DNA from: Anaerohalosphaeraceae bacterium | Lineage (GTDB): Bacteria; Planctomycetota; Phycisphaerae; Sedimentisphaerales; Anaerohalosphaeraceae | Reading direction: 5' to 3' | Assembly: GCA_963675525.2 (NCBI GenBank) | Contig: CAXXSL010000013.1 | Coordinates: forward strand, 416,001-480,000 | Length of the DNA stretch: 64,000 bases | Shown here: in pieces, positions 1 to 9,423 of the stretch | Position numbering within the stretch: position 1 is the first letter of the stretch | How the letters are laid out: the number at the start of each line of letters is the position of its first letter | Program-made: the position numbers and the translations under genes | Notes under the pieces: generated by a model | Database searches by the model: none | The model's input: the letters and a program-made list of their open reading frames with translations, nothing else | Told to the model about the DNA's origin: nothing

Positions 1-1039
1 CGGCAAACTGGGCGATCACCACTTCCTCCGGAAGCCGCAAGGTAACAGAATTCAACGCCAGCACGTTATCAAAAATCCCCGCCAGCACTTGTATCTGCAT
101 CGTTATCTGCTCGCCAGCATCCTGATCGATCTGCGTTTGTATATCGCCAATTCCCGATGCCCATTCCTGAACGGCATCGGCGGGTGCTTCCCACGCAATC
201 TCTTTGTTGTTTTTAGCGAGGACCTGGCCTAACAAACGACAACGCTTTAGTCCTGCGCGGGCCATCTCGGAATAATCGATCACATTCACGTAATTGTTAT
301 CCAAAAGGTTCAGGGCACGCAGAAACATCTCCGGCTTAATCTCTTCATATCGCTCTACCGCCGTTTCAGCGCAACTGCTGTCTATCAGAGCCAACTCAAG
401 GCCTGCCAGTTCCGTCAGTTCTTCGGCCTTCTCTTTATATTGATGATTATCTTCGTAAAGCGCCGCCAGCCAATAATAGTTATGAGCATACGCTTCCAGC
501 CATTCGCCAGCCTCCTCGTCAGCGTCTGCTTTTTGCTGCATTTGATCCAGTATGTTTATCACGAACGGATCTTTGAGCAGTTCTTCTTTTTGCTGCTCTT
601 GAGCAACTTCCCTGGCGCGGATGACAGCGAGCATCGTTTCGTCAATATCATTAACATCCGGCACCTCTCTGGCAGCGGCCTTCTCTTTGATCTTCTCCAG
701 TTCCTCCATCTGCTCCTGATAAGCCTTTTGTTTCTCCTGCAGACGGAATTCCTGCAGTCGGTCGTATTGCCTAAACAGCATCTTAATCTGGGCAACCGGA
801 CCGGAATCCTTTTGTTCTTCAAGCATTTGTTCGGCCTGCTCAACCTGACCTCGACACAGGGCTTCAATGACCGGCCGAAGTTCAGTTTCCAGCAAAACAC
901 CTTCTGTAGATGTTTGCCTCTGCTCGATCGAATTCGAGCGAACGACGCCGTTTTCACTGGTATCGCAGGATCCCCCGGTTAAGGGCAACAGACCGCAGAC
1001 AAACAGAAACGGCAATAACCATAATTTTTTTGTAACCAT
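1..1039 (-). CDS. Exported protein, probable N-terminal half of a C-terminal processing (S41/CtpA-like) protease; runs off the window
   Basis: Not in the ORF track; translated by hand from ATG at 1039 (MVTKKLWLLPFLFVCGLLPL...PEEVVIAQFA), open to position 2. Signal-peptide-like N-terminus, helical body, and the end resembles the region preceding the LDPY motif of CtpA proteases. The catalytic part is outside the window. Confidence 0.55.
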   Translation of the reverse strand, partial: MVTKKLWLLPFLFVCGLLPLTGGSCDTSENGVVRSNSIEQRQTSTEGVLLETELRPVIEALCRGQVEQAEQMLEEQKDSGPVAQIKMLFRQYDRLQEFRLQEKQKAYQEQMEELEKIKEKAAAREVPDVNDIDETMLAVIRAREVAQEQQKEELLKDPFVINILDQMQQKADADEEAGEWLEAYAHNYYWLAALYEDNHQYKEKAEELTELAGLELALIDSSCAETAVERYEEIKPEMFLRALNLLDNNYVNVIDYSEMARAGLKRCRLLGQVLAKNNKEIAWEAPADAVQEWASGIGDIQTQIDQDAGEQITMQIQVLAGIFDNVLALNSVTLRLPEEVVIAQFA

Positions 1040-1087
1040 TTTCAAGGGACTCAACCTTAAATAGATAAAATTAATAAATCCAAACAG

Positions 1088-1115
1088 GGCAGGGTGGCTT
1101 TAAAGCCACCCTGCC
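1088..1115 (-). terminator. Intrinsic terminator downstream of fba
   Basis: Perfect palindrome GGCAGGGTGGCTTT/AAAGCCACCCTGCC followed on the minus strand by T-rich sequence. Confidence 0.75.
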
Positions 1116-1156
1116 GAAAGTATTTTAAAGAAAACCGACCGATCAGCCCCCAAATC

Positions 1157-2107
1157 TTAGAGGCATTCGGCGGCTTTGCCGGCACAACCGAGCACTTGGA
1201 GTTTGTGCTTGACCATTTGCTTAATCGCTTCACGACCGGGGCCAAGATAATGGCGCGGATCGAATTCGCCCGGTTTTTCAGCAAAAACCTGACGGATCTT
1301 AGCCGTCAGAGCCATCCGCAGATCTGTGTCGATGTTGACTTTGCAAACGGCCATCTTTGATGCCTCCGTAATGGCGTCTTCCGGAACTCCCATCGCATCG
1401 GGCATTTGTCCGCCGTACTTGTTGATCAGATCCTTAAACTCCTTCAGCACACTGCTGGAACCGTGCATTACCAGCGGATATCCCGGCAGTTTTTTGCTGA
1501 TCTTTTCGACGACATCCAGAGCCAGTTTCGGAGCCGTCTTGAACTTATAGGCACCGTGGCTGGTTCCGATTGCAACCGCCAGAGAATCCACGCCGGTTCT
1601 CTCAACAAATTCAACCGCCTGATCCGGGTCCGTCAGGTGCTTCATCACATCTTCGTGACTGATACCGACCACATCTTCTTCGATGCCGCCAAGTTGCCCC
1701 AGTTCGGCTTCAACAACGACACCATGGTCATGCGCATAATCTACAACCTGTTTCGTCAATGCAATATTTTCTTCAAATGAGTGATGTGAACCGTCGATCA
1801 TAACCGAAGTAAAACCGTCATCGACACACTGCTTACAGGTCTCAAAGGTGTCCCCGTGATCCAAATGCATACAAATCGGGATGTCGGGGTTCTCAGCAAC
1901 CGCCACATCGATAATCCCCTTCAGGTAACTCATGCTGGCATACGAACGAGCACCGCGAGATATCTGCAGGATCAGAGGGGCCTTTTCTTCTGCGATCGCA
2001 CTGACGATCCCCTGCGTAATTTCCATGTTATTCACATTGAAGGCACCGACGGCATAACCATTCGTATACGCCATCTTAAACATTTTTTTAGAATCTACTA
2101 AAGCCAT
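1157..2107 (-). CDS. fba: Class II fructose-1,6-bisphosphate aldolase
   Basis: Motifs AVGAFNVNN, HLDHG, FTSVMIDGS, VEAELG, AIGTSHGAYK, VMHGSS, KVNIDTD, FDPR. Confidence 0.95.
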   Translation of the reverse strand: MALVDSKKMFKMAYTNGYAVGAFNVNNMEITQGIVSAIAEEKAPLILQISRGARSYASMSYLKGIIDVAVAENPDIPICMHLDHGDTFETCKQCVDDGFTSVMIDGSHHSFEENIALTKQVVDYAHDHGVVVEAELGQLGGIEEDVVGISHEDVMKHLTDPDQAVEFVERTGVDSLAVAIGTSHGAYKFKTAPKLALDVVEKISKKLPGYPLVMHGSSSVLKEFKDLINKYGGQMPDAMGVPEDAITEASKMAVCKVNIDTDLRMALTAKIRQVFAEKPGEFDPRHYLGPGREAIKQMVKHKLQVLGCAGKAAECL

Positions 2108-2195
2108 ACTTACTCCTTAGTCAAACAGGTTAATAACTCTTAATTTGAATACACTCACATATTTTAAATCCACTTTGGATTCACTGCCATAGGAA

Positions 2196-5100
2196 TCAGT
2201 CTTCACGGACAGTACCGGTTAAACCCGTATATTTACGGGAGCCGACCGCAAGCTCACTCACCCCCTGGGGCCAGACGCTAAACATAACGGCGTTCCGATC
2301 AAGAGAATCATCAAATGAAAGACTCAGACCGTAAAACATCCGGTGGTATTGACGAATGATCGTCAAATCACTTCGAACAGCCTTGCCGAAGTCAAAATTA
2401 TACTCCTGAGAAAACGTTGCGGTATATCGCGGTGTCAGGCGATAGGTGACCGCGGTCACAAACGAATTCGACCCGACCTCGTGCACGTCGTTTATTCCGT
2501 CGTTATTTTCATCTACATTGACAATTAGCGGACGCAGATAACGGGTTCCCACATAATAGCTGATATCCGGATAAACATACCGGCTCATCCCGATATCAAA
2601 TTGCTGAACATGACCGCTGTTCATATCATAATTTATATCGCTGAGCAGAGACAGGGTATCAGATAGTCTCCAAACCATCTCGCCGTTCAACGTATCGCGG
2701 GCAATCCCGTAATAATTTTCGTCACGACGCAGCAAAAAAGGAATCGAGGGGTCATTGTAAACAAACGCGGCGGGACCATAGCTATTCACCGGCCCGATTG
2801 AAGAATCTGCATCATCTTTGACCCATGTCGCTTCCATATCCAACCGAAGCCAGTCCAGCGTCCGGCGATTCTCTTCACTGCCGCGATGCGTCTGCCATCG
2901 CTGTGAAACGCCAACGTGAATCGCATCCCGCATATCGATGGAAGCATCACTGGCCTGATAGGTCGTCATTTCGAAATACGGCTGCACGATATGACGAATA
3001 CCGCTCAAATCCCAGAGCCTGGAGTGGACATAGGGGTCGTCTTTCCAGAACATGGTCGAAGCCCGCAGACCCGCCTCACCCAAAAAGACCTGCTCATCCC
3101 GTGACACCGCATTACCATTGATATCCAAACCAAAACCCTGGCCGTCTTCAAAACCGAAGGTGCCCGCTACATAGGGAACAATTTTAAAGGTTTCCCACAT
3201 CAACGGCAGGTCAACTTCGTTTCGCGTATAACCAAACGTATAGAAATCACTGTCGCCGCGGACAAAGCTGCTGTTGTAAAGAAGTCCGTCATCATCATAA
3301 CGGTCACGGAAACGCGCAAGCTGAGTGTCGCTGTACCATGTCAGACGGTGATCCCAAAACGACTGACCCTTTAAGTGGTATTCGATACTCGGCAGTTCTT
3401 CCGTCATCGTTTCATAATCGTTGATGCGGACTTTGCCGAGAATCGAAAAACTCCAGTTATCACGAAGACGCTTAAGGTAAACGAGTGTTTCCTGCCCCTT
3501 GTCCGAATTAAACTCATCGCGGTACATCCATTCGAGGAAATTGCGGTCCGAAATATAACTGGTCTCAACCGTCAATTGCCAGTCGTCCGGCAAAAACTGC
3601 CTATGACGAAAACTGAACCGGCCGCGAACATCCTGTTTAGGATCGAGATTTCGACGGTTATCTGTTGAACCCAAATCGTCCTTGCCGCGATCATTCATGA
3701 TGTAAGCAATAAGCGAGCCTTGCGCATCATCTTTTTCGTATTCAGCCTCTATACCACCGCCAACGCCGCGCTTACTGAAGTAGTCTGCCGCCAGACGACT
3801 CTCCAGCCATGGCGGATCCTTGAGCCCCAGCAAACGTGACAGGTGCCAGCGGGTTTCAACTGACGTTCCGAATTCGGAATCATTGCCGAAACGAATCTTG
3901 CTCAGCGGAATGTCGGGCCGCTTAAAATTTGTAACGATCCGGGGCCAGCGAAAGAACGTAATATCACCATATTTTGCGTTAACATCATAGAGCCGTCCTT
4001 CAAGGCGGGAAGCGGTATCCGTATCCTCAGGCAGATAACCCTCAACTGCCTGGTCCGACAAGAGTACCATTTTGGACGCATTCAGAGAAACCTGCGGAAA
4101 GTAAAACTCGCTGCTGGTCAATTGAACGTCCTGGGCTTCGTAGATATTTTCGCTAACACAACCCAGCATTTTGGCACGCAGGTAAATCGGCAGACCCCGT
4201 TTTTCATCGAACATCCGCATCGAGGCATTCACAACCAATGCCCGCTGGTTCACAAAGTCATAATAAATCTCATCGGCACGGGTGGTACGATCCCCTTCGG
4301 TCATGACAATATTGCCTTGAAGGTAAACAGACTGAAAATGTCCCGTTCCAATCTGGTTGCCCTGCTGCTGACCTTGACCCATCGAAAACTTGCCCGACTC
4401 ATAGAAAAGCACCACATTGTCGGCCATGAACTCGACCACCTGATCATCGGATCGCCGTTGAAACAAATAAAACCGTCCGGAAGCCGTCGCAACAGACTGC
4501 CCATCAGACATTTCTCTGGTTTCAATCTGAGTCCCCGGTTCCCACACTGCCGAGATCTCAACGGGAAACTCTTCAACCGGCTCGGCATCTTGTTTAACCT
4601 GTGAACGAACAACAACCTCAGGTTGAACCGCGGATACAGCCGTTTTGCCTGCCGGAATGGTATCTTGTATGATGCGAACATCCGGAACCTGTGCATTACG
4701 AGAAATCCCCGGACTGGTCGGCAACCGCAATACAGACTCGGCCGCTCTGACATAGAGGTCATCATTAGACAACTGATCGGGAGCGATTTGCTGGTGTGCA
4801 TCTGAGACCGCATAGACTTGGCCGGTCACCAGAAACTGTGTCACCAGTACATCTGCGCCCTCTACGAGAAAATGACGGACAGAAGTCGCTTTGGCTTTAG
4901 GGCCTTTCTGGACAGATATTTGCCCCTCTAGATAGGCTCTGGCAAGATAGGAAGGTTTTGCTCCCGCAGTATCGGTTGTTTGCGGGAAAAGATAGATCAC
5001 GGCTGCCCGACTGCTCAGCAAATTGTCTCCAATCTGCAGAATCGCCCCTTCCTTCAAGAGGATAACCTGTAGCCCGTCTTGCTCCGGTTGATGGCAAACA

Positions 5101-5225
5101 GTCATAACAGGGGCAGTCATATGGAGATCCTGCCCTGCCAGAACGCCCGGATCAATACTTGAAGAATCTAAGGCCATGCCATTGCAAATCACCATTGAAA
5201 CTAGAACAAGAATACTGTTTGCCAT
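2196..5225 (-). CDS. lptD: LPS-assembly outer-membrane protein LptD/OstA-like (long planctomycete-type)
   Basis: 1009 aa with signal peptide; OstA-like jellyroll segment (VYLQGNIVMTEGDRTTRADEIYYD) followed by a long amphipathic beta-strand barrel region. Confidence 0.7.
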   Translation of the reverse strand: MANSILVLVSMVICNGMALDSSSIDPGVLAGQDLHMTAPVMTVCHQPEQDGLQVILLKEGAILQIGDNLLSSRAAVIYLFPQTTDTAGAKPSYLARAYLEGQISVQKGPKAKATSVRHFLVEGADVLVTQFLVTGQVYAVSDAHQQIAPDQLSNDDLYVRAAESVLRLPTSPGISRNAQVPDVRIIQDTIPAGKTAVSAVQPEVVVRSQVKQDAEPVEEFPVEISAVWEPGTQIETREMSDGQSVATASGRFYLFQRRSDDQVVEFMADNVVLFYESGKFSMGQGQQQGNQIGTGHFQSVYLQGNIVMTEGDRTTRADEIYYDFVNQRALVVNASMRMFDEKRGLPIYLRAKMLGCVSENIYEAQDVQLTSSEFYFPQVSLNASKMVLLSDQAVEGYLPEDTDTASRLEGRLYDVNAKYGDITFFRWPRIVTNFKRPDIPLSKIRFGNDSEFGTSVETRWHLSRLLGLKDPPWLESRLAADYFSKRGVGGGIEAEYEKDDAQGSLIAYIMNDRGKDDLGSTDNRRNLDPKQDVRGRFSFRHRQFLPDDWQLTVETSYISDRNFLEWMYRDEFNSDKGQETLVYLKRLRDNWSFSILGKVRINDYETMTEELPSIEYHLKGQSFWDHRLTWYSDTQLARFRDRYDDDGLLYNSSFVRGDSDFYTFGYTRNEVDLPLMWETFKIVPYVAGTFGFEDGQGFGLDINGNAVSRDEQVFLGEAGLRASTMFWKDDPYVHSRLWDLSGIRHIVQPYFEMTTYQASDASIDMRDAIHVGVSQRWQTHRGSEENRRTLDWLRLDMEATWVKDDADSSIGPVNSYGPAAFVYNDPSIPFLLRRDENYYGIARDTLNGEMVWRLSDTLSLLSDINYDMNSGHVQQFDIGMSRYVYPDISYYVGTRYLRPLIVNVDENNDGINDVHEVGSNSFVTAVTYRLTPRYTATFSQEYNFDFGKAVRSDLTIIRQYHRMFYGLSLSFDDSLDRNAVMFSVWPQGVSELAVGSRKYTGLTGTVRED

Positions 5226-5426
5226 GGAATTTTACCCGTATACAGAATTAATTGTTTAATTATTTTCTCTATAATCCGAGAAGGACACATACATCCGGTG
5301 TGATTATAGCTACCTCGCTCGTTAAATCCAGTCAAAAACAGGAATAATAACACTGAAAAACGACCATCGAAGCCCTATTATGAGGTGAGAAATTGATGTC
5401 CTAATTTGTCGTCAAAAACCTGTTTT

Positions 5427-6206
5427 CTACAACATCTGATAATGCATAACCGCGCGATATAAGCCATTAACACGCTGAGGTTTGACAATCACAGGAGAGT
5501 AGGCGTCATTTCGAGGCTGAAGACGTATTTTCTTGTCTTTTTCGAAGAAAATCCGTTTAAATATCGTTTTGTGAGGTGATTTAAGTCTAACAAAACAATC
5601 GTCGCCATTTTGAACATCTGCGGCAGGTGAAAAAACGACAATATGGCCCTCTGAAAACTTCGGTTCCATAGAATCGCCCACAATCCTTACTGCAAAGGCA
5701 TTCGGATCGTGAATATCGGGGCAGCGTACATAATCGTCCGCAATACCCGTTGGGTGCCCTAAGTCATCAAAATCCGCCGGGTAACCCGCAGACACTTTAT
5801 TAATAACAGGAATCCAGCAACCCGGCTTTTCGCTGCCGGCCTGATCCTGTTCAATATCTATCTCGTATTGGGTCAGCATTTTGCCTATCTTTTCAGGCTT
5901 CAGCTTACGTCTTATAATATCCCTGATTATCTTTCTGTATTGACGGTTTTCGGCATTAATCGCGTCATAATCCTGCCGCACATCCGCAGGCATTTGTTCA
6001 AAATGAGCCATGTATCGAAGATATCCATTCGCAAACTGGAGATGCTTTTCCAGCTTTCGAAGCAATTTATCGCTGGGCGGATTATTGACACGTCCGGTTT
6101 CAATCGTGGAAAGATAGGGCTTTGAGAAACCCGTCAGCGACGCAACCTCATCAAGCGTTAAGTGCAAATGCTTCCTTTTTTTTCGAATGGTTTTTCCTAA
6201 GGCCAT
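5427..6206 (-). CDS. XRE/CI-type HTH repressor with S24 (LexA-like) autopeptidase domain
   Basis: N-terminal HTH (LTLDEVASLTGFSKPYLSTIETG), Ala-Gly cleavage site (VSAGYP), catalytic Ser (GDSMEP) and Lys (IFKRI). Start moved to ATG 6206 because the TATAAT box overlaps the ATG at 6215. Confidence 0.85.
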   Translation of the reverse strand: MALGKTIRKKRKHLHLTLDEVASLTGFSKPYLSTIETGRVNNPPSDKLLRKLEKHLQFANGYLRYMAHFEQMPADVRQDYDAINAENRQYRKIIRDIIRRKLKPEKIGKMLTQYEIDIEQDQAGSEKPGCWIPVINKVSAGYPADFDDLGHPTGIADDYVRCPDIHDPNAFAVRIVGDSMEPKFSEGHIVVFSPAADVQNGDDCFVRLKSPHKTIFKRIFFEKDKKIRLQPRNDAYSPVIVKPQRVNGLYRAVMHYQML

Positions 6207-6213
6207 GATAGGC

Positions 6214-6243
6214 ATTATAAAAGTAACCAGTCAACAGACACAA
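6214..6243 (-). promoter_or_regulatory. sigma70-type promoter of the repressor (probably leaderless mRNA)
   Basis: Minus strand TTGTGT-N18-TATAAT-N7-ATG. Confidence 0.55.
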
Positions 6244-6353
6244 GTCTTTTTTTTCTAAATATCAAACATTTTAGATAAAATATTTAGACAGCGGCTTCCA
6301 TATCCATTTACGATCTCTCTGCGTTAAATTGCTATCCCGGAATCGGCCCTCTG

Positions 6354-7979
6354 CTAACCGACCTGGGCACCAATATGCTGACTAATAACCTCGTTCAGCT
6401 TGGTGCGATCAATCGGTTTGGAGATATAGCCATTGCACCCGGCTTCGATACATTTTTCCTCATCGCCCATCATGGCGTTTGCCGTCACAGCAATGATCGG
6501 AGTCGTAAGCCCCTGACTTCGCAGTTGCCGGGTTGCTTCGTAACCGTTCATATTCGGCATTTGCATATCCATCAAAATGATATCATACGTTTCCAAATCA
6601 CATTTCTCAACTGCCTTTTGCCCATCATCTGCAATGGTGACTTCAAGTCCGATTTTCTGCAGCAAAATGGTTATCAGCTTCTGATTTGATGGATTGTCTT
6701 CTGCCACTAAAATTTTTCCATTGTACATATCTGTTCCTTTCTCTGCCTGTGTTAACTCGTTGAGTTCATCAATCAATTGGTACTTGTTCCAAATCGCAAT
6801 ATCATCTTTCGGTTCAATCCCGGTTGGTATCATAAGCGTAAAAACAGAGCCTTTATTCACTTGGCTTTCAACGGATAACTGCCCCTCCATCAATTCGCAT
6901 AGTTTCCGGACAATCGCCAACCCTAACCCGGCCCCGCCGTGTTTTCGAGACGTCGCCCCGTCGGCTTGGGTAAAGGAATCAAAGATGCGGGGCATCTTAT
7001 CTTCTGGAATTCCGACGCCGGTATCCTCCACGTCAAAACGCACATAAGAAACACCTTCCTTTTCTTCCATGGCAACACTCAGATAGACATAACCGTTCTC
7101 GGTGAATTTGATGGCATTGTTCACCAAATTGATAATACATTGTCGAAGGCGGATACTGTCTGTCTTGATAATCTGAGGGATTAATTCACACTGTAATATT
7201 TCGAAATTAATGTTTTTCTTAATTGCCATCGGCCGCATCATGGATTCAATATTATTCAGGATTTCCCCGATATTGCAGTCACCGATCTCAACATGAAACT
7301 TGTCGGCTTCCATTTTTGAGAAATCAAGTATGTCCTGGATTAATTCCAGCAGCGTCCGGCTGCTATCGCAAATCATTCTTATATGAACCTGGTGTTCCGG
7401 GCACATTTGGCATTCAGCCAGAATTTCGCTGAAGCCCATGATTGCATTCATGGGTGTTCGCAGTTCGTGGCTCATATTCGCCAGAAACTCATCCTTTGCG
7501 CGATTCGCTCCCATCGCCTCATGAGCCAGAACATTGGCCTGTTCCTCTGCGTGCTGACATTCACCTATCGTATGTCTTAACTGCGTGTTTGCCTGCTGCA
7601 GTTCAAAAGTCCGCTTGCGAATTTCCGATTCCATCCGTTGATTCATTTCAAACAGCTTTTCGCCAAATTGATTGAAGCCGGCCGCAATCATGCCAATTTC
7701 ATCGTCCGGCTGAATCTTTAATGGCTCAAATCGAAAATCTCTCTGCTGTTCTGCCGCCTGTTTAAGATAGGTGGCAATATATTTTAATCGTCGTCCAATC
7801 AATAAATGATAGACCGTATATGAGGCAGCCACGGAGGCCAGAATTCCGAGTATCATCACCTGCAAACAGGTGCCGCTGGCCTGCTGGTGTTGCTGATAAA
7901 CCAGAAACAGCGAAAATGCCGTTAAAAACGGCCCTGTCGCAATCAAAAATTTCATTCCTATAGTGTTTTGAAAACGCAT
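6354..7979 (-). CDS. Membrane hybrid sensor histidine kinase/response regulator (2 TM-HAMP-HisKA-HATPase-REC)
   Basis: H-box EFLANMSHELRTPMNAI, N-box NLVNNAIKFT, G1 DTGVGI, G2 GAGLGL, REC ILVAEDN...ILMDMQMP...KP. Confidence 0.92.
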   Translation of the reverse strand: MRFQNTIGMKFLIATGPFLTAFSLFLVYQQHQQASGTCLQVMILGILASVAASYTVYHLLIGRRLKYIATYLKQAAEQQRDFRFEPLKIQPDDEIGMIAAGFNQFGEKLFEMNQRMESEIRKRTFELQQANTQLRHTIGECQHAEEQANVLAHEAMGANRAKDEFLANMSHELRTPMNAIMGFSEILAECQMCPEHQVHIRMICDSSRTLLELIQDILDFSKMEADKFHVEIGDCNIGEILNNIESMMRPMAIKKNINFEILQCELIPQIIKTDSIRLRQCIINLVNNAIKFTENGYVYLSVAMEEKEGVSYVRFDVEDTGVGIPEDKMPRIFDSFTQADGATSRKHGGAGLGLAIVRKLCELMEGQLSVESQVNKGSVFTLMIPTGIEPKDDIAIWNKYQLIDELNELTQAEKGTDMYNGKILVAEDNPSNQKLITILLQKIGLEVTIADDGQKAVEKCDLETYDIILMDMQMPNMNGYEATRQLRSQGLTTPIIAVTANAMMGDEEKCIEAGCNGYISKPIDRTKLNEVISQHIGAQVG

Positions 7980-8031
7980 TTTTGTTCCTGTAAACCTGTC
8001 ATTTTGATAAATTAACAGCTTTTCGAGAGTT

Positions 8032-8059
8032 ATATCGACAGACTCAAAAGGTGAATTAA
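8032..8059 (-). promoter_or_regulatory. sigma28 (FliA)-like promoter of the hybrid kinase
   Basis: Minus strand (T)TAAT-N15-GTCGATAT about 50 nt upstream of the ATG. Confidence 0.55.
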
Positions 8060-8245
8060 CTGCAAACTAAGGGATCAATCTGATATGCTGCAAAAGAAGA
8101 TTAAAACAGTTTATTATAGAGGCACAAAGGCCGATAACAAATATTTTGAAGCCTTTTGGTCATGTACCAGAATCTCTTCAGGAATTCTTCAGCCTAAAAA
8201 AGTCCTAAAATGAACGAAATTTTTTCGAAATATTTCGTAATTTTA

Positions 8246-8274
8246 TTGACATATTTCGTTAATCCTGATATATT
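8246..8274 (+). promoter_or_regulatory. sigma70 promoter of the LacI regulator
   Basis: TTGACA-N17-TATATT, ending 4-7 nt before the tandem ATGs at 8279/8282. Confidence 0.7.
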
Positions 8275-8278
8275 TTAA

Positions 8279-9346
8279 ATGATGGAAAAACGTAAAATAA
8301 ACCAAAAGGACATTGCCGATAGCCTGAAAGTTTCAGTGGCAACTGTCTCCAAGGCCTTACGGGGGGATTATTCCGACGTTAACTCACAGACCCGGGAGCG
8401 CATCGTCAACAGAGCCAGCCAATTGGGGTATGAGTTTGGAAGTCGGAAGCAACAGGCAATTACGGATGAGGAAGAAACTAAAAGTTACATGGTGGGGGTC
8501 CTCATCCTTCGCAAACTGCATGAATGGCAGCACACAAATTACTTTGCGGGAATGACGGAAAAATGTTCCAAGTTGAATGTTTCACTCATTCTGCACTATG
8601 TCAGTGAAGAAAACTGCCATCTCATTTTGGATAAAGAACACCAGCCACCGGCCATGCGAAACGGCGACCTTTCCGGACTTATCCTTGTCAATCGCTGGCC
8701 GCAGGAAGTTGTAGCAAAGCTGACGGCCCGGATGCCTTGTGTGTCCATCCAGCAAACCTATCCAAAAACCCGAATGGATATCATCGGCGTCGATGACACC
8801 CTTGGAATCGAGCGGTTGATGGAGCACCTTTATTCAATGGGACACCGTAAGATCGGTTTCTTTGGTAACTGCGGAAAGGTTTATAATGCACGAATGCGTT
8901 TGGCCGCCTACATCAGCACACTGGCGGAATTGAATTTTGAATTGGATCTTGCAAATGTGATTGATGTCAATCAAGGACATTTGGAAGATAAAGAAATTAT
9001 ATTGTCTGGGCAGATTGAATCCGTAAGCCGACGAATACAGCAAGGGGTTCGAGCGTGGGTCTGTGCCAGCGATTGGGTGGGATATTTGCTTTGCCGAGGA
9101 CTTATTGATAGGGGGTATAACATCCCGAAGGATGTTTCCATCGTCGGTTTTGATGACAGCGAAGATAACACGCTCGGATGCCCCAAACTGACCAGTATTA
9201 CCGTCCCGGCGCTTCGGATCGGTGCCGAAGCGCTGAGGCGGCTGATCAACCGTATCAAACATCCTTCCAGCCCCCCGCTGAAAGTGATGTTACCGTGTAA
9301 GTTATTTGAAGCCCAGACAACTTCTCCTCCTCCGAAGAAAGCGTAA
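8279..9346 (+). CDS. LacI/GalR-family transcriptional regulator
   Basis: HTH INQKDIADSLKVSVATVSKAL; sugar-binding domain motifs MGHRKIGF, IPKDVSIVGFDD, LTSI. Confidence 0.9.
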   Translation: MMEKRKINQKDIADSLKVSVATVSKALRGDYSDVNSQTRERIVNRASQLGYEFGSRKQQAITDEEETKSYMVGVLILRKLHEWQHTNYFAGMTEKCSKLNVSLILHYVSEENCHLILDKEHQPPAMRNGDLSGLILVNRWPQEVVAKLTARMPCVSIQQTYPKTRMDIIGVDDTLGIERLMEHLYSMGHRKIGFFGNCGKVYNARMRLAAYISTLAELNFELDLANVIDVNQGHLEDKEIILSGQIESVSRRIQQGVRAWVCASDWVGYLLCRGLIDRGYNIPKDVSIVGFDDSEDNTLGCPKLTSITVPALRIGAEALRRLINRIKHPSSPPLKVMLPCKLFEAQTTSPPPKKA

Positions 9347-9366
9347 GCAGCCGGGGGGGCTGCTTA
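9344..9366. terminator. Hairpin between convergent lacI-like and isochorismatase-like genes
   Basis: TAAGCAGCC-GGGGG-GGCTGCTTA inverted repeat at the stop codon. Confidence 0.6.
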
Positions 9367-9423
9367 TGCTATCCATACATTGGTAATGGTCAATAACACT
9401 GGAATGTTCAATTCTTGCGCCGA

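Noticed and set aside
440..982. Plus-strand 180-aa ORF and the many other short overlapping ORFs in the track (e.g. 11336..11836, 36259..36669, 61515..62243)
   Set aside because: Antisense or alternate-frame shadows of well-supported genes, with no recognisable motifs.
5427..6215. Prophage marked by a CI-like repressor
   Set aside because: No integrase, cro or structural genes; the flanks are ordinary chromosomal genes.
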